DNA of 64,000 bases from Eledone cirrhosa (Eukaryota). Made by a program: the position numbers and the translations under genes. Shown here one piece after another: positions 27,040 to 45,654 of the stretch. How positions within the stretch are numbered: position 1 is the first letter of the stretch; each line of letters starts with the position of its first letter. The DNA lies in assembly GCA_964016885.1 (NCBI GenBank), contig OZ024748.1:42408001-42472000 (forward strand). Reading direction: 5' to 3'. The notes beneath the pieces are model-generated. The model did not search any database, was not told the origin of the DNA, and was given only the letters and a program-made list of their open reading frames with translations.

Positions 27040-27241
27040 TACCATGTAGGTAACACGGTAAAAACCTCCTAGTCCACACTGTAAACATGGTTGGTGTTAG
27101 GAAGGGCATCCAGCCATAGAAAACCCGCCAGACAGTCCTATACGAGCAAGACAACCAATCTTGCCTCAAGTGGGAAAACTCCCGTCCAAACCCATGCAAG
27201 CGTGGAAGATGGACGTTAAACGATGATAATGATGATGATGA
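27040..27241 (+). mobile_element. RTE family A 3' UTR fragment
   Basis: Reverse complement of 41643-41845; (GAT)n tail. Confidence 0.9.
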
Positions 27242-27701
27242 TATATATATAAATATATATATATATATACACATACACACACACACAGACACACACACAC
27301 ACAACATACACACACACATTAAATTTAAGAAAATAAGAAATCAAAAAAATTCATTAAAAACTCACCAGAAGAAATATTAATCTTACAATGTTAAAAAATA
27401 AAATTTAACCATTTAAACTGTTAAATTGTAAATCCTGTCTGAAAACATGTCTGAATAATTGAAGAGAAAATGTGAAAAAGATGAGTTAAAACTAAGCCAT
27501 GTTTTGTTGGGGGTTTTAGCCAGTAGTCCAAAATATTGCGACTAATGCTTTCTTGTTTTTGCTTCTATGTGTGACTGTGTCCTTAAGTTTGTCACAGTCA
27601 ACTGTGTCAACATAATCTCTATGGATACTATAGTTCTGTTGACTATAGTTCACGTTGACCCAATTACTTCTCTCTGTCTCCTCTTTCTCCCCTCTGGATA
27701 G

Positions 27702-27776
<75 letters not shown>

Positions 27777-27838
27777 CACACACATATATATATATACACA
27801 CATGTATTTAGGAGAAATGCATGTTGCATGTGCATGTC

Positions 27839-27933
<95 letters not shown>

Positions 27934-28006
27934 GTATGTATGTATACATATATATGTATGTATATATATATATATATATACACATATATATATATATATA
28001 TATATA

Positions 28007-28370
28007 TAATATAAGATCAAAAGATGGTTAAAGGAGTTCCATGTATTTTATTATGCGCATTTCAAAAACAAACATCATCATGCAATAATATTTGTGTTTT
28101 CATCAGATAAAACAGGAGAACATGATATGAAGGCTAAAAAACACTTGTGGATAGTGCAGTTTTAAATCAACATATGTTGATATGTTGATTTAAAACTGTT
28201 AATATGTTGATTTAAAACTGCACTATCCACAAGTGTTTTTTAGCCTTCATATCATGTTCTCCTGTTTTATCTGATGAAAACACAAATATTATTGCATGAT
28301 GATGTTTGTTTTTGAAATGCGCATAATAAAATACATGGAACTCCTTTAACCATCTTTTGATCTTATATTA
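28007..28370. repeat. Palindrome with about 170-bp arms, each carrying a complete type I hammerhead (28046-28112 minus; 28265-28331 plus)
   Basis: TTTTAT-CTGATGA-long stem II-GAAA-TGCGCA-TA-ATAAAA; stem III ATGCGCAT is self-complementary. Confidence 0.85.
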
Positions 28371-28663
28371 TGCATACTCCAGTCCTACAAACTGTAGAGT
28401 GCTTCTTATCCGATATCTGCATTGCTTTATTGTACTACAATAAAACTCACCTCCTACATATATATATATATATATATATACACCTAACAAACAACTTTAA
28501 TCTTTAGTGTTGGGCAGGAGTCAGTCATTGAGGTGGCTTGCTTTAGATGGATGACACTTAGGTTTGTCAACATCTACATTAGAAATCAATACATCTACAT
28601 ACATACACATATATACATTTATATACATACACATATATATATACATTTATATACGTACATAGA

Positions 28664-28699
<36 letters not shown>

Positions 28700-28870
28700 T
28701 AATATATATATATATGTGTGTGTGTGTACTTGCATATATATATATACATATATATATATGTACACGCATATATATATATATATATACATATATATATGTA
28801 CATGCATATATATATATATATACATATATATATGTACATGCATATATATATATACATATATATATGTACA

Positions 28871-28903
<33 letters not shown>

Positions 28904-29219
28904 CAAAGGAGGTGTGGTAAGGAACCAGATGGACCATAACGCACCAGAGTACTCAATACTTAGGGTAGTAGAGTGGGTAATAGGAAAATGTTTCGACGGC
29001 TATTTCTGGACTCAGTGTCTGGAGTCCAGAAATAGCCGTCGAAACGGCTTGAGCTCTGCTGTCGAGGTTAAACATTTTCCTATATATATATATTATATAT
29101 TGATACATATTTATTTTTCATTATATATATATATATATATACATACATACAGCCACGCGCATATATATATGTGTGTGTGTGTGTGTGTATTATATATATA
29201 TATGTAATCTTCCAAGACC

Positions 29220-29400
29220 TCCTCTCCTCTTTTATCTAACTCCCCCTCTTGATCCTTCAACCCTCACGTGGCCTTTTCTCTAATCTCTTTTATTGTACTC
29301 TGATGAAGGACTAAAGTCTGATACATTGAACATCTATTTCATTCAAAACATGACCCTAATAACACCAATGCTTTATATCTCTGCGTTTGTCATTTTTGTT
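29220..29400 (+). mobile_element. Penelope-like pLTR remnant with degenerate minimal HHR at 29300-29325
   Basis: CTGATGA-AGGAC-TAAA-GTCT-GATA (GAAA mutated). Related degenerate motif on the minus strand at about 26050-26090. Confidence 0.55.
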
Positions 29401-29997
29401 ATATCATCATCGTCATCATTTAATGTCCTTTTTCCATGTTAGCATGGGTTAGACGAACTGTCCCATTGTGAGACAAGCCAGGTCAGAGGACTGTGTTTTG
29501 CTCACACAAGACTGATTCTGGCTTGGTTTCTATGGTTCGATGCCCTTCCTAACTAACGCCAACCACATTTACAGTGTGGACATGTTGCTTTTGTCATGAC
29601 CAGATACATGCTGGCATGGATCATGGCTACTCAGGACTGACCAGGGGCTACACAACAACATCATCATCATCAACCACCACCACAGCACCAACTCTAGAGA
29701 GGTTGTCATGTCTTTGAGACTGCTGAAGAAACCACTCAGACCTTAGTTTGGTAGATTTTCTACAACAGCATACCATTCCTACCATCAACCACTTTAGAGA
29801 TTGTACTGGGTGCCTTTTTCTAATTATGCTAATTCTGTTTTCCTGTAATTGAAATATGTAAAAGTATATTAGAGTAAAGTAAGCTTCTTTAAGGGGGGTT
29901 TCTATAAAACTAGTCGAACAAAATGGGCATATAAGCCCCTAGAGACAGAGAAAGGGGTTAGTAGTCTAAAGACCTACTTTGAAACAGCTTACTTTAA

Positions 29998-30219
29998 CCA
30001 TTTAGCATTCACATTACTCTATATATATACTGTTGTATTTTTATGGTAAAGGCTTTATCCCACATAGTATCTCACATAATATCGACTCTATGAGATTTTG
30101 ATGTTATTTGTTTTGAGAACAATACCTTAACATAAGTATGAGTAGCAAGTTACGACCGGTTTGAACAGAAAGAGGAGATAGAATTCTGGCCGGATATAGT
30201 TGGTTTAAATGTTAAAGGG
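29998..30219. mobile_element. TTAA MITE, short copy with a single repeat unit
   Basis: TTAA-CCATTTAGCATT...AATGTTAAAGGG-TTAA. Confidence 0.85.
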
Positions 30220-30267
30220 TTAAAGTTAAGATACTTTGAAAATTTATAACACTTCTTGTATACGAGT

Positions 30268-30455
30268 AATAATTGTTTCTACTTTTTGGCACAAGGCCAG
30301 TAATTATCCCAGTACATTACTGGTGCTTTATTTTATCGACCCCGTAAGGATGAAAGGCAAAGTTAACCTCGGCGGGAATTGAACTCAGATCGTAAAGGGA
30401 CGTAACTCTATGCTGGAAAGCATAATCCAACCCTCTACCGATACTGCCAATTCAC
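30268..30455 (-). mobile_element. tRNA-derived SINE with Nin-like domain
   Basis: Reverse complement contains a B-box-like GAGTTCAATTCC and GCCTTTCATCCTTACGGGGTCGATAAAAT, with an (ATT)-type tail. Confidence 0.88.
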
Positions 30456-30469
30456 AATATCATCACCAT

Positions 30470-30901
30470 TACTCTCGGGTCCCAAATCATTTGGGGGTAG
30501 GAACACACGGGTAGGAACACACAGTGGGGGTAGGAACACACAGTGGGGGTAGGAACACACGGTTGAGTTGGAATAAGCACAGGGAGAGGAAGCGAAGAGG
30601 TTGGAATATCAGTAATTTTTCTAAGTTGTCTCTATTGATTATTTTAAAAACCAGAATTAGTCGTTTAGTTTACATATTGAGACCCCAATCCAAGCTATTT
30701 ATTTTATAATGTATGGGATTTCTAGTAATGTACTTTTTTGGAGGACATTTTTTAATGTCTAAAGAAAATTAATTGTCGCAGAAATGCTACTACTTAAAAT
30801 AAAATTACGCCGCAGATAGATTAATAAATTTTTTAAATGGGGGGGGGATGCTGAAAAATTAATAAGCATGGGGGTGGATGATTACTCGAGACCCGAGAGT
30901 A
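30470..30901. mobile_element. MITE with terminal inverted repeats TACTCTCGGGTC
   Basis: TACTCTCGGGTC at 30470 and GACCCGAGAGTA ending 30901; internal GGGTAGGAACACAC tandem. Confidence 0.65.
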
Positions 30902-31006
30902 TTCAATTTAAAAAAATTTAAATTTTTCTCCAAGGGAGAGTACTAATTCAATATATTTTCTATGAAGAGTTGTTTCCCCTTTTAAAACGTTTTTCTTTTT
31001 TCTCAG

Positions 31007-31090
31007 GTTTTTCTATAGACGACAAAATATAAGGCAAATCACGGGAATCAATTTTCTCGTCTACACCGTTTCATATATTTCCGACAACTG
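31007..31090 (+). CDS. Possible 84-nt host exon (FFYRRQNIRQITGINFLVYTVSYISDN)
   Basis: Strong polypyrimidine tract plus CAG acceptor, G/GTGAGT donor, one open frame, length a multiple of 3. Confidence 0.35.
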
Positions 31091-31670
31091 GTGAGTGTGT
31101 GAGTTCCGGGTTCAATTGGGGGTAACCACAGTAATTAAGGTACTCAACACATTAGTAGAGTGTAAACAACAAATTTAATATAGAAATGGCTTCTACAGGA
31201 CTAGAACTGTTTCAGGGCTTTCGTGATGATTTCCTTCGAATAAAACTATTATAGTCATGTATAAGCCATTTATATATATATATATATATACATTAGTAGA
31301 GTGTAAACAACAAATTTAATATAGAAATGGCTTCTACAGGACTAGAACTGTTTCAGGGCTTTCCTGATGATTTCCTTCGAATAAAAGTATTATAGTCATG
31401 TATAAGCCATTTATATATATATATATATATATATAATTGGTGTTGGATGCTTAAATGCAGTAGGCCGTATGAGCACTCGATGCTCTCATAGAGCAGAGTA
31501 TATCACAGAAAAAAGAGGATCAGTGTTGCAACGAAAGGAATTTATTGGACATATTACAATTGTTTCTCGGACGACCAGCTCGAGGCACGATCGATGTGGT
31601 GATCAACCTGACTCTGAAATCACGTGGTCCTCGGATACGTCTCGATTCTACGAAGCAGATTTTCTTAATA

Positions 31671-31754
<84 letters not shown>

Positions 31755-31757
<3 letters not shown>

Positions 31758-31990
31758 GGGCGGTGGAAGCACTTCTGAATTGGTGTGTGTGTGTGGGGAG
31801 GGGGATTTGGACAATTTAATTATAGTGATTAGTTTAGCTCTTTGCACTCTAAAATAGTCAGAAAAACTTCGATATGCGATAAACATAACATGTAGATAAA
31901 TTGTAGCACATATCCAAATAGATGTGTTTTGGTAGTTTGGGGAGAAAATATAATTATTGAAGGTGAGCATAGCCTCGCTGCCCCACCCTG
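31755..31990. mobile_element. Small TA-flanked MITE-like element (CAGGG...CCCTG)
   Basis: Short TIR inside (TA)n; partial homologue at 37945-38030. Confidence 0.45.
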
Positions 31991-32010
31991 TATATATATA
32001 CATATACATA

Positions 32011-32620
32011 CATGATGGCTGCCAACTCGTTTTCGAGTACGGCCACTACTTTATATCCATGTAGGAGAACCCCTACTGATGCGCTAAACGAGTGTGACTT
32101 TTTAGTCCAGCCAGCGACTTGGAAACTCTGGTACAAACACTACACTTGTGACAATTATTGACACATAGTGCTGGGCCCATGGTACCATGTGACGACAAGT
32201 GCAGAGAGATCTCCAGATATAAAGCAATGCTTGTGCCGTGAAGCTTTTATAGTGAGCAAAGGCAGTGCACAAAGCCAGTCCCACTCTCTTAACCAAGATG
32301 ATATTTACCAAAAAGAAGAACAAGTCAACATCATTGGATACCATCAGGGTTGCAGGTGTTATATCAGAGTTTTCCTTCTCATAGAATTCTGCCTTGACAA
32401 AGGCTAAGGGTTCATCTCTCCCGGTTATCTTGGATGGCCATTGACTCTTAAGAGCTCCTTTGCCCTTTGACAGGTTTTGTTTTTAGTCCTGCAGGATGTC
32501 CAAAGTCACCCTCCTCACCAAGAAACATTGGTGGGGTTGCCAGTTTAGTCGCCAACGACCCGACCATGAGACAGGTTGTACTGGGATACATGTTACCAGT
32601 AGCACTAACTGGTGAGCTGA
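32011..32620 (-). mobile_element. Non-autonomous RTE-derived element (RTE-like 5' UTR plus short tail, no ORF)
   Basis: Minus-strand GAGAAGGAAAACTCTGATATAAC motif resembles RTE 5' regions. Homologues at 54930-55100 and 58748-59045/59378-59400. Flanked by (CATA)n. Confidence 0.6.
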
Positions 32621-32640
32621 CATATACATACATACATACA

Positions 32641-32674
<34 letters not shown>

Positions 32675-32799
32675 AGACAGTATATAGAGGAAAATATAGA
32701 AAGAGGTATGTGTTCAAGTATAGGGGATAGAATACCACCGGAATCGATTCCTTGGGCTCATTAATTTATAGGGGATTAACATGAGTCTTTGGCTCCATT

Positions 32800-32847
<48 letters not shown>

Positions 32848-32849
<2 letters not shown>

Positions 32850-33935
32850 AACACTGGAAGGTAATATCCGTAGTGGTAAAGCACTCAGTCCATGGGACGA
32901 GTTAGGTAGAAGTGGTTACACAACAGTTAGTTCACCATACCGAGAACAATTGTTTCACCTTAGCGGATCCTCAGCTCGGAATGGGCATGGTTATAGGAAC
33001 AGGAAGGACACCCGTACGAACGCGCATGCGCAGAAACCCGGTCACTTCACACAGGCATGCGGGAGGTGTAAGGGAGATAACTGCGAAAGTCCGAAAAGTT
33101 TTTGGGTTGAAAATAAAATTACAAAGAATCAGTCCGGAGCCTTGTAGTTATGCAATAGGTGTTTGGCGACATGTGGACAACGTGTGAAAAATTCATTTCT
33201 CGTGTTTAGGCAATCACTATTGCGTAATCTCTTTAGAATAGTTATTCGTTCGTCAATACATAAGCCACACGTCGGATTTCCCCTTGCGTATGGCTTGGAC
33301 TTAGTGATGGCTTTCCATTGAATGGAGTAGTCTATACTTGAGTCCTTGAGGAACCATACGTGGCTCGCGAGTTTCTGAAGGTAGACTGGTGGTTCAGGAA
33401 ACGTTCCTTAAATCGGCCCTCCGCCATGCCCACATAGGATTTGACCTTCTGTGGTTCGTTTGGAAGTGACCGCAGCTTCATAAATTACAGCTGGTGTTGC
33501 ATTGCTGTTGAAGGGGGCAAGCTTCAGGCTTACGGCAAGAGCACCCTGGTGGGGTGTTGCTCCTAGGACTGCTGGTGATATGGGCCTTCATGTTCTTAGC
33601 GCAGGAGTATCCTAGTTTAACGTTGTGTCGGTTAAAGATGGATCGTATTTATGACCTATGGGGAAGTGTCTATCTAAGAGGGTTAGCAATTTTTTTCCTA
33701 CATTGGTTTTAACGTTGAGTGAGAAGGATGGAGAGAACCAGATAGTTTGTCTATTGTTGCGCTTACTTTTCTTAATGGTGTTGTTGCTAGTGAGAGAGTA
33801 AGTGATAGGTTGTGAGAAGCCGCTATTAGCCAACGCCGTGTTATAGTAGGGTGCCGCTCTGTCAAAGATAGCCTTATTAGAGGAGAGGTTTGAGATTCTA
33901 GTACTGATATTCTTAACGAAGTTTCTAAAAACTTA
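32848..33935 (-). mobile_element. Penelope-like element 3' fragment: GIY-YIG endonuclease region plus pLTR with hammerhead
   Basis: IWFSPSFSLNVKTNVGKK..LLDRHFP, then by frameshifted reading CSCRKPEACP, VIYEAAV, YVGMAEGRFKERFLNH and CGLCIDE..CLNTRNEFFTRCPH. Confidence 0.85.
32936..32983 (-). ncRNA. Minimal type I hammerhead ribozyme of the PLE
   Basis: CCGAG-CTGAGGA-tCCgctaaGGt-GAAA-CAATTG-TT-CTCGG; palindromic stem III. Confidence 0.85.
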
Positions 33936-34172
33936 TATATATATATATATATATATATAAACACTTACACACACATACATATGTAGGTATAGGTTATATC
34001 GAACATTAATATTCATATTCGATTCGTTTGTAAACAAACGGCCCAATTAAAGCTGTGCCGATGACCAATCGTGATCGGTTTGTTTAACACAAACCAATGA
34101 CGATTGGTCATTTGAGCACATAATTTACAGGGAATAACGCAAGTCTATGACTCCGTTTATATTTGGATATAT

Positions 34173-34330
34173 ATCTATATTATAAAGCTGGCGGCCGTAT
34201 GTATGTAAGAAACGTTTCGCCAAACGGCTGGACCAAACAGCACCAAATTTGCACCATAGATGTAACTTTTTCCGAATAAGAAAGTGAGGGTATTTTTGTC
34301 TTCTAAATTTCGTTAAAAGATTAAAGATAT
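34173..34330 (+). mobile_element. Non-autonomous Helitron-like 5' region
   Basis: TCTATATTATAAAGCTGG..GTATGTATGT..AAACGGCTGGACC..AAATTT signature. Confidence 0.65.
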
Positions 34331-34642
34331 TTTATCGTTTATTTAAATATTCACTTCTTTAAAATGTTCAAATGTTAACACTTCCGGTTATACGACATTC
34401 TCCTCTCTTTCTTAGTCTGTCTTTTTAGATAGATACATAGCTATAACGTCGCGCCCTTATAATATGTCTCTGTATGTCTGGTTTTCTGCATTAGATACAT
34501 AGCTATAACGTCACACGCTTATAATATCTGTCTGTCTGGCTGCCTGTCTGCATTGACTTCGCTTCTAACCAACTTTTAATTAATTTAGTGCAAAGATACT
34601 GCACGCCCTGCAACGTTTTTCGAAATATTTACTTCTGCGTTC

Positions 34643-34718
34643 ACAGATTGATTTTTTTAGTTTCAGAAGATCCCGTTAAGGGTGAAAGCAGCGATTCTTT
34701 GCTTAAACTTTAATCTGT
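34643..34718 (+). ncRNA. Type I hammerhead with variant CAGAAGA core
   Basis: ACAGATTGA..AGTTT-CAGAAGA-tCCCgttaaGGGt-GAAA-GCA..TGC-TT-AAACT-TTAATCTGT. Second copy at 48906-48981. Confidence 0.75.
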
Positions 34719-34725
34719 TATTTTA

Positions 34726-34764
<39 letters not shown>

Positions 34765-34834
34765 TATATATTCGTGTACAGATATTTTTGTATACACAAA
34801 AACAAAATATAAACAAACGTATATATTACCACAA

Positions 34835-37940
<3,106 letters not shown>

Positions 37941-38030
37941 CCATAATATGTACATAAACTGTGGCACATAGTTGTGTTTTGGTAGTTTGTGGAGAAAAAT
38001 ATAATTATTGGATGCCCCCCACCCCTAACG

Positions 38031-38071
<41 letters not shown>

Positions 38072-38134
38072 GTTGTCAAAATTAGGGTGCGTTCTCGTGG
38101 AGGAAACGTCTTCGGTACCGGGAAATACGGTGTG

Positions 38135-38257
<123 letters not shown>

Positions 38258-38261
38258 TAGA

Positions 38262-40968
38262 TAGATTTTATCCTCATCAGAGGACGTGACAGATGGACGG
38301 TCGTAAACACAAAAGCCTTCCCTCGTGAGGAATGTACATCCCAACATAGCTTAGTTGTCAGCGACCTCACAGTCAGAACTAGACGAACCTGGAAACAGAG
38401 GCCAACCTGGAGAAGAAAGATCTGGAAGCTGAAAGACCTCTCAACCAGTAACAGATTTAAAGATATTTTACTCAACGCCTACGACAGTAAAGAAGAACAG
38501 ATACAGACATTCAATGTAGAAGAGAACTGGGAGTTCCTAAAAAATAATTTACTAGAGGCAACGGATGAGGTCTGTGGCTGGAGTAAGACCTCAAGCAGGA
38601 GGAGAGTGACTTGGTGGTGGAACAATAAGGTAGATGAAGCAGTCAAGGCCAAGAGACAGGCATGGAAAGAATGGAAGAACGGGGGGAGCAGGGTACATTA
38701 CATAGAGACCAAGAGGGAAGCTAGGCGACAAGTATACTTAGCTAGGAGGGAAGCAGAGGATAGAAAATTCAAGCATGTTTTGCAACGTGAGGACCAGAAA
38801 CAGGAGGTGTTCAAGATTGCGAGGCAGTGTGTCAGAGAGAGTTGTGATGTCATTGGAGAGAAGTGTATCCAGAATGATAAAGGTGAACTTGCCCTCACAA
38901 GTGCTGAGAAGAAAGATGCATGGAAGAGTCATTATGATAGATTACTAAATGAGGAGAATGCATGGGAAAAAGAGACCCTACCCCAAGTAGACCCTATAGA
39001 GGGGCCAGCAGTACAAGTCAGCAGCAACGTAGTAAGTAAGGCAATCAAAGATATGAAGATGGGGAAGGCAACCGGTCCATCGGGTATAGCTGCCGAGATG
39101 CTGAAGGCATCTGGATCCGTAGGTCATACTATAACCACACGTATTGTTAACCAGGTAATACTAGAAGATGTCATACCAAAAGATTGGTGCAGTAGCATCA
39201 TTGTCAACTGCTACAAAGGTAAAGGTGATGCACTAGATAGAGGAAACTATAGAGGTATAAAGCTGATGGACCAGGTCATGAAAGAAACAGAAAGAGTTAT
39301 AACACAGTTGATTAGGGACCGGGTGAAAATAGACGAGATGCAATTTGGGTTTGTACCAGGAAGAGGCACCACTGATGCCCTCTTCCTTGTGAGGCAGTTA
39401 CAGGAAAAGTACCTAGCTAAAAGTAAGCCACTCTACTTGGCATTTGTCGACCTTGAGAAAGCCTTTGACAGAGTTCCACGTGCTGTAATCTGGTGGGCTC
39501 TTAGAAAACTAGGAGTAGATGAATGGCTTGTGAAAGCAGTACAAGCCATGTATAGGGGAGCAGTCAGCAAAGTTAGGATTAGCAATGAGTATAGCGAGGA
39601 ATTTAGCGTACAGGTTGGGGTCCACCAGGGCTCTGTTCTTAGCCCCCTCCTGTTCATCATAGTCCTGCAGGCAATAACGGAGGAGTTTAAGACTGGATGC
39701 CCATGGGAACTCCTGTATGCTGATGACCTCGCACTTATAGCTGAATCTATGGTAGAACTAGAGAATAAATTCCAAACTTGGAAGCAGGGACTAGAAAGAA
39801 AGGGTCTCAAAGTCAACATGACAAAGACTAAGGTCCTTGTAAGTAGACGAGAAAACAGAACCCAGATCCCCTCAGGGAAATGGCCTTGCTCAGTATGTAG
39901 GAAAGGTGTAGGTAGGAACTCCATTCTCTGCCCCAAATGCAAACAATGGGTACACAAGAGATGTAGCAGGATCTCAGGAAGCTTAAGTAATAATGTAGGC
40001 TTCACATGCAGCAGCTGTGCTGGGACAGCAAGCAGCAAACAGCCACAGGAAACAAGTACCACCAATCTCTGGGAGGGCTCTGTAGAAACAGTAGACAGCT
40101 TCTGCTACCTAGGTGACCGGATTAGCAGCGGAGGTGGGTGTTCAGAAAGTACAATAACTAGGGTAAGAACGGGATGGAAGAAGTTTAGGGAACTACTACC
40201 ACTGCTAGCTGCAAAAGGCTTCTCCCTCAGAATGAAAGGCAGACTATGATGCATGTATCCGAACAGCGATGTTGCATAGTAGTGAGACCTGGGCGCTGAA
40301 GGTGGAAGACTTACGTAGATTAGAGAGAAACGAAGCCTGCATGCTCCGATGGATGTGTAACAGTAATATACGTGAACGACAAAGCATAAATGAATTGAGA
40401 GAGAGACTGAGCATAAGAGGAATCAAATGCTGTGTGCAGGAGAGGTGGTTGCGCTGGTATGGACACATGATGCGTATGAAGAATGACAGCTGCATAAAAA
40501 GGTGCAGAGCACTAGAAGTCGATGGAAACCGCGGAGTGGCGAGACCCAAGATGACCTGGGATGAGGTGATAAAAGCCGACCTTACCCAATTACACCTCTC
40601 AAAGGCAATGACACATGGCCGTGACTTCTGGCGTCACGCAGTAATACAGAGTACCCGACCTCCCATGGGTAGAAGCTGAAGCATATAGACAATATGCCCC
40701 CACACCCCCCACCGCAAGGTGGTCGTGGAGGTGCCACGGCAAAAAAGCACCCAGCCCACACTGTAAAGTGGACGTGTAGGCGCCACGAAAAAGCACCCAG
40801 CACTCACTGTAAATGAGGTTGGTGTTAGGAAGGGCATCCAGCTGTAGAAATCAAGCCAAATCAGTTCCTGTATGAGCAAGGCATGGTCAGCTGACCAGAC
40901 ACTGCCCACAACAGGACAACCCGTCTAACCCATGCTAGCGTAGATGAACGGACGTAAAACGGTGATGA

Positions 40969-40970
<2 letters not shown>
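38262..40970 (+). mobile_element. RTE family B LINE, 5'-truncated, with SINE-like long 3' UTR
   Basis: ORFs 38606-40249 (RT) and 40269-40679. UTR 40680-40970 shares sequence with the SINE body at 22480-22580. Confidence 0.96.
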
Positions 40971-41009
<39 letters not shown>

Positions 41010-41014
<5 letters not shown>

Positions 41015-41207
41015 TGTTTCCTTGAACAAGACACTCTATTTCACATTGCTCCAGTTTACTCAGCTGTAGAAATGAGATGATAGGGACTGAGGTCCCTATC
41101 ATTCCACTGTAAATGAGGTTGGTGTTAGGAAGGGCATCCAGCTGTAGAAATCAAGCCAGAATCAGTTCCCACCCTTGCAAGCAGAGAAAAGCGGACGTAA
41201 AATGATG
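41010..41207 (+). mobile_element. 5'-truncated CORE-like SINE
   Basis: Matches 22376-22625 with an internal deletion. Confidence 0.88.
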
Positions 41208-41392
41208 TATATATTCTAATATATACTAATTTTGACAACCAAAAATTTGAAAAAAAATAATAAACATCCTTCGGCCTCTAGGACTCGTGGTAGATTTTAA
41301 AAACTTATTTTAGGGAAAAAAAAGTAACTATGGAGACATAAAAGGTACAGAAACGAAAACCGATCCAAACCAAACAGTGAGTGTGTTTTATT

Positions 41393-41582
41393 GGTGGATT
41401 GGTAGTATCGGTAGAGGGTGGACGCCATACTTTGCAGCATAGAGTTACGGCCCTTGCGATTCTGAGTTCAAATCCCGCCGAGGTTAACTTTGCCTTTCAT
41501 CCTGACGGGGTCGATAAAATAAAGTACCAGTAATGCACTGAGTAATTGCTGGCCTTGTGCCAAAAGTAGAAACAATTATTAT
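41393..41582 (+). mobile_element. Nin-like tRNA SINE
   Basis: Same family as 30268-30455. Confidence 0.9.
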
Positions 41583-41642
41583 TTCTGTCAATATTATAAC
41601 ACTATGACCCTCCCCAAATATAACTATATATATATATATATA

Positions 41643-42531
41643 TCAGCATCATCATCATCATCATCGTTTAACGTCCATCTTCCACGCTTGCATGGGTTTG
41701 GACGGGAGTTTTCCCACTTGAGGCAAGATTTGTTGTCCTGCTCGTATAGGACTGTCTGGCGGGTTTTCTACGGCTGGATGCCCTTCCCAACACCAACCAT
41801 GTTTACAGTGTGGACTGGGAGGTTTTTACCGTGTTAACTACATGGCCCCATTACAGCGTGGACTGTGCGTTTTTTTGTCGTGACACCTACACGACCTCAT
41901 TTGTTTCGGACTGTAGGTTTCGCTTTGTACTTAGGCAAGGCGGGTCTTCTGTATGACTGTGTAGCGCCAAAGATCTCGGTCCAGTGACATTGTCTTTGAG
42001 AGGTGTAAGTGTGTGAGGACGGAATTTATCAAGTCGTCCCAGGTTTTTCTGGGTCTGCTTACTCCGTGGCTACCGTCTATTTTTATCGCCCTGCACTTTT
42101 TTATACAGCTGTCGTCTTTCATGCGCATCACGTGACCGTACCAATGTAGTCTTCTCTCGAGTAAACAACATCTGATCCCTCTTATTCCTAATTTCTCCCT
42201 TAGTTCGTTTATGCTTTGCCGTTCACGTATATTATTTTTACACATCCAGCGGAGCATGCAAGCTTCGTTCTTCTCCAGTCTGCGTATATCCTCTGCACAC
42301 AATGCCCAGGTCTCACTGCCATGTAACATTGCTGTTCGTATGCAGGCATCATACAGCCTGCCTTTCATTTTTAGAGAGAACCCTTTAGCGGCTAATAGTG
42401 GTATAAGCTCTCTGAACTTTTTCCATCCCGTTCTGACTCTAGCTACTGTACTTTCAGAGCACCCTCCCCCACTGCTGATTTTGTCACCCAGGTAACGGAA
42501 GGTGTCCACTATTTCTATAGAACCATCTGTG

Positions 42532-42534
<3 letters not shown>
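41643..42534 (-). mobile_element. 5'-truncated RTE family A LINE
   Basis: ORF 41931-42509 is nearly identical to the C-terminus of 10114-12147; UTR and (GAT)n tail present. Confidence 0.95.
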
Positions 42535-42596
<62 letters not shown>

Positions 42597-42598
<2 letters not shown>

Positions 42599-43109
42599 TG
42601 AGATTCTACAGGACTAGAACTGTTTCATTCTTTAGAAATCATCAGGAATCTGGGTATCAAAAAATAAGTATGGTATTTATACAAGTGGTAGGAGAGGGTG
42701 GGGAATGGGATGGGTGTAGGTCATTGTTTGATAGAAAAGGGAATTCATTAAAAGCTAATTCTACAAAGCTATAGTTTATTTTTATTTTTATTTTTATTTA
42801 TTTTTGTTTTTAGAGTAACAAAGGCAGACAGAATTCTATAAACAGGTTCAGGATGGCATGCCATTCCTTATTATTAAGTTTCTCTTAAGCTAACAGGTGT
42901 CTATAAGATCAGTGGGGGGTCAGTCATGGTAGATAGATTTAAAGGAAAGGGAGATTCTTTAAAAGCTAAAATCATTAATGTTCTACTAAGTGACAAAGGT
43001 TTAGAGAATTCTGTAGACAAATTCAGAATATTAAGTGCATATCTTACAATTATCCTCAAATTACTCTTAAACTATTCAACTATATGCCAAAAAACAACAG
43101 ACACATTCA

Positions 43110-43110
<1 letters not shown>
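42597..43110 (-). mobile_element. Non-autonomous Penelope-like element with type I HHR at 42601-42651
   Basis: AGATTC-CTGATGA-tTTCtaaaGAAt-GAAA-CAG..CTG-TA-GAATCT. Family also at 52210-53420 and 57445-57965. Confidence 0.8.

Positions 43111-45654
<2,544 letters not shown>

Noticed and set aside
32535-32600. HDV-like ribozyme at the 5' end of the RTE-derived element (minus strand CCAGT..GTCG ttgg CGAC TAA ACTGG)
   Set aside because: P2 and P4 can be drawn but I could not place a convincing P1, P3 and L3; a descriptor search is needed.
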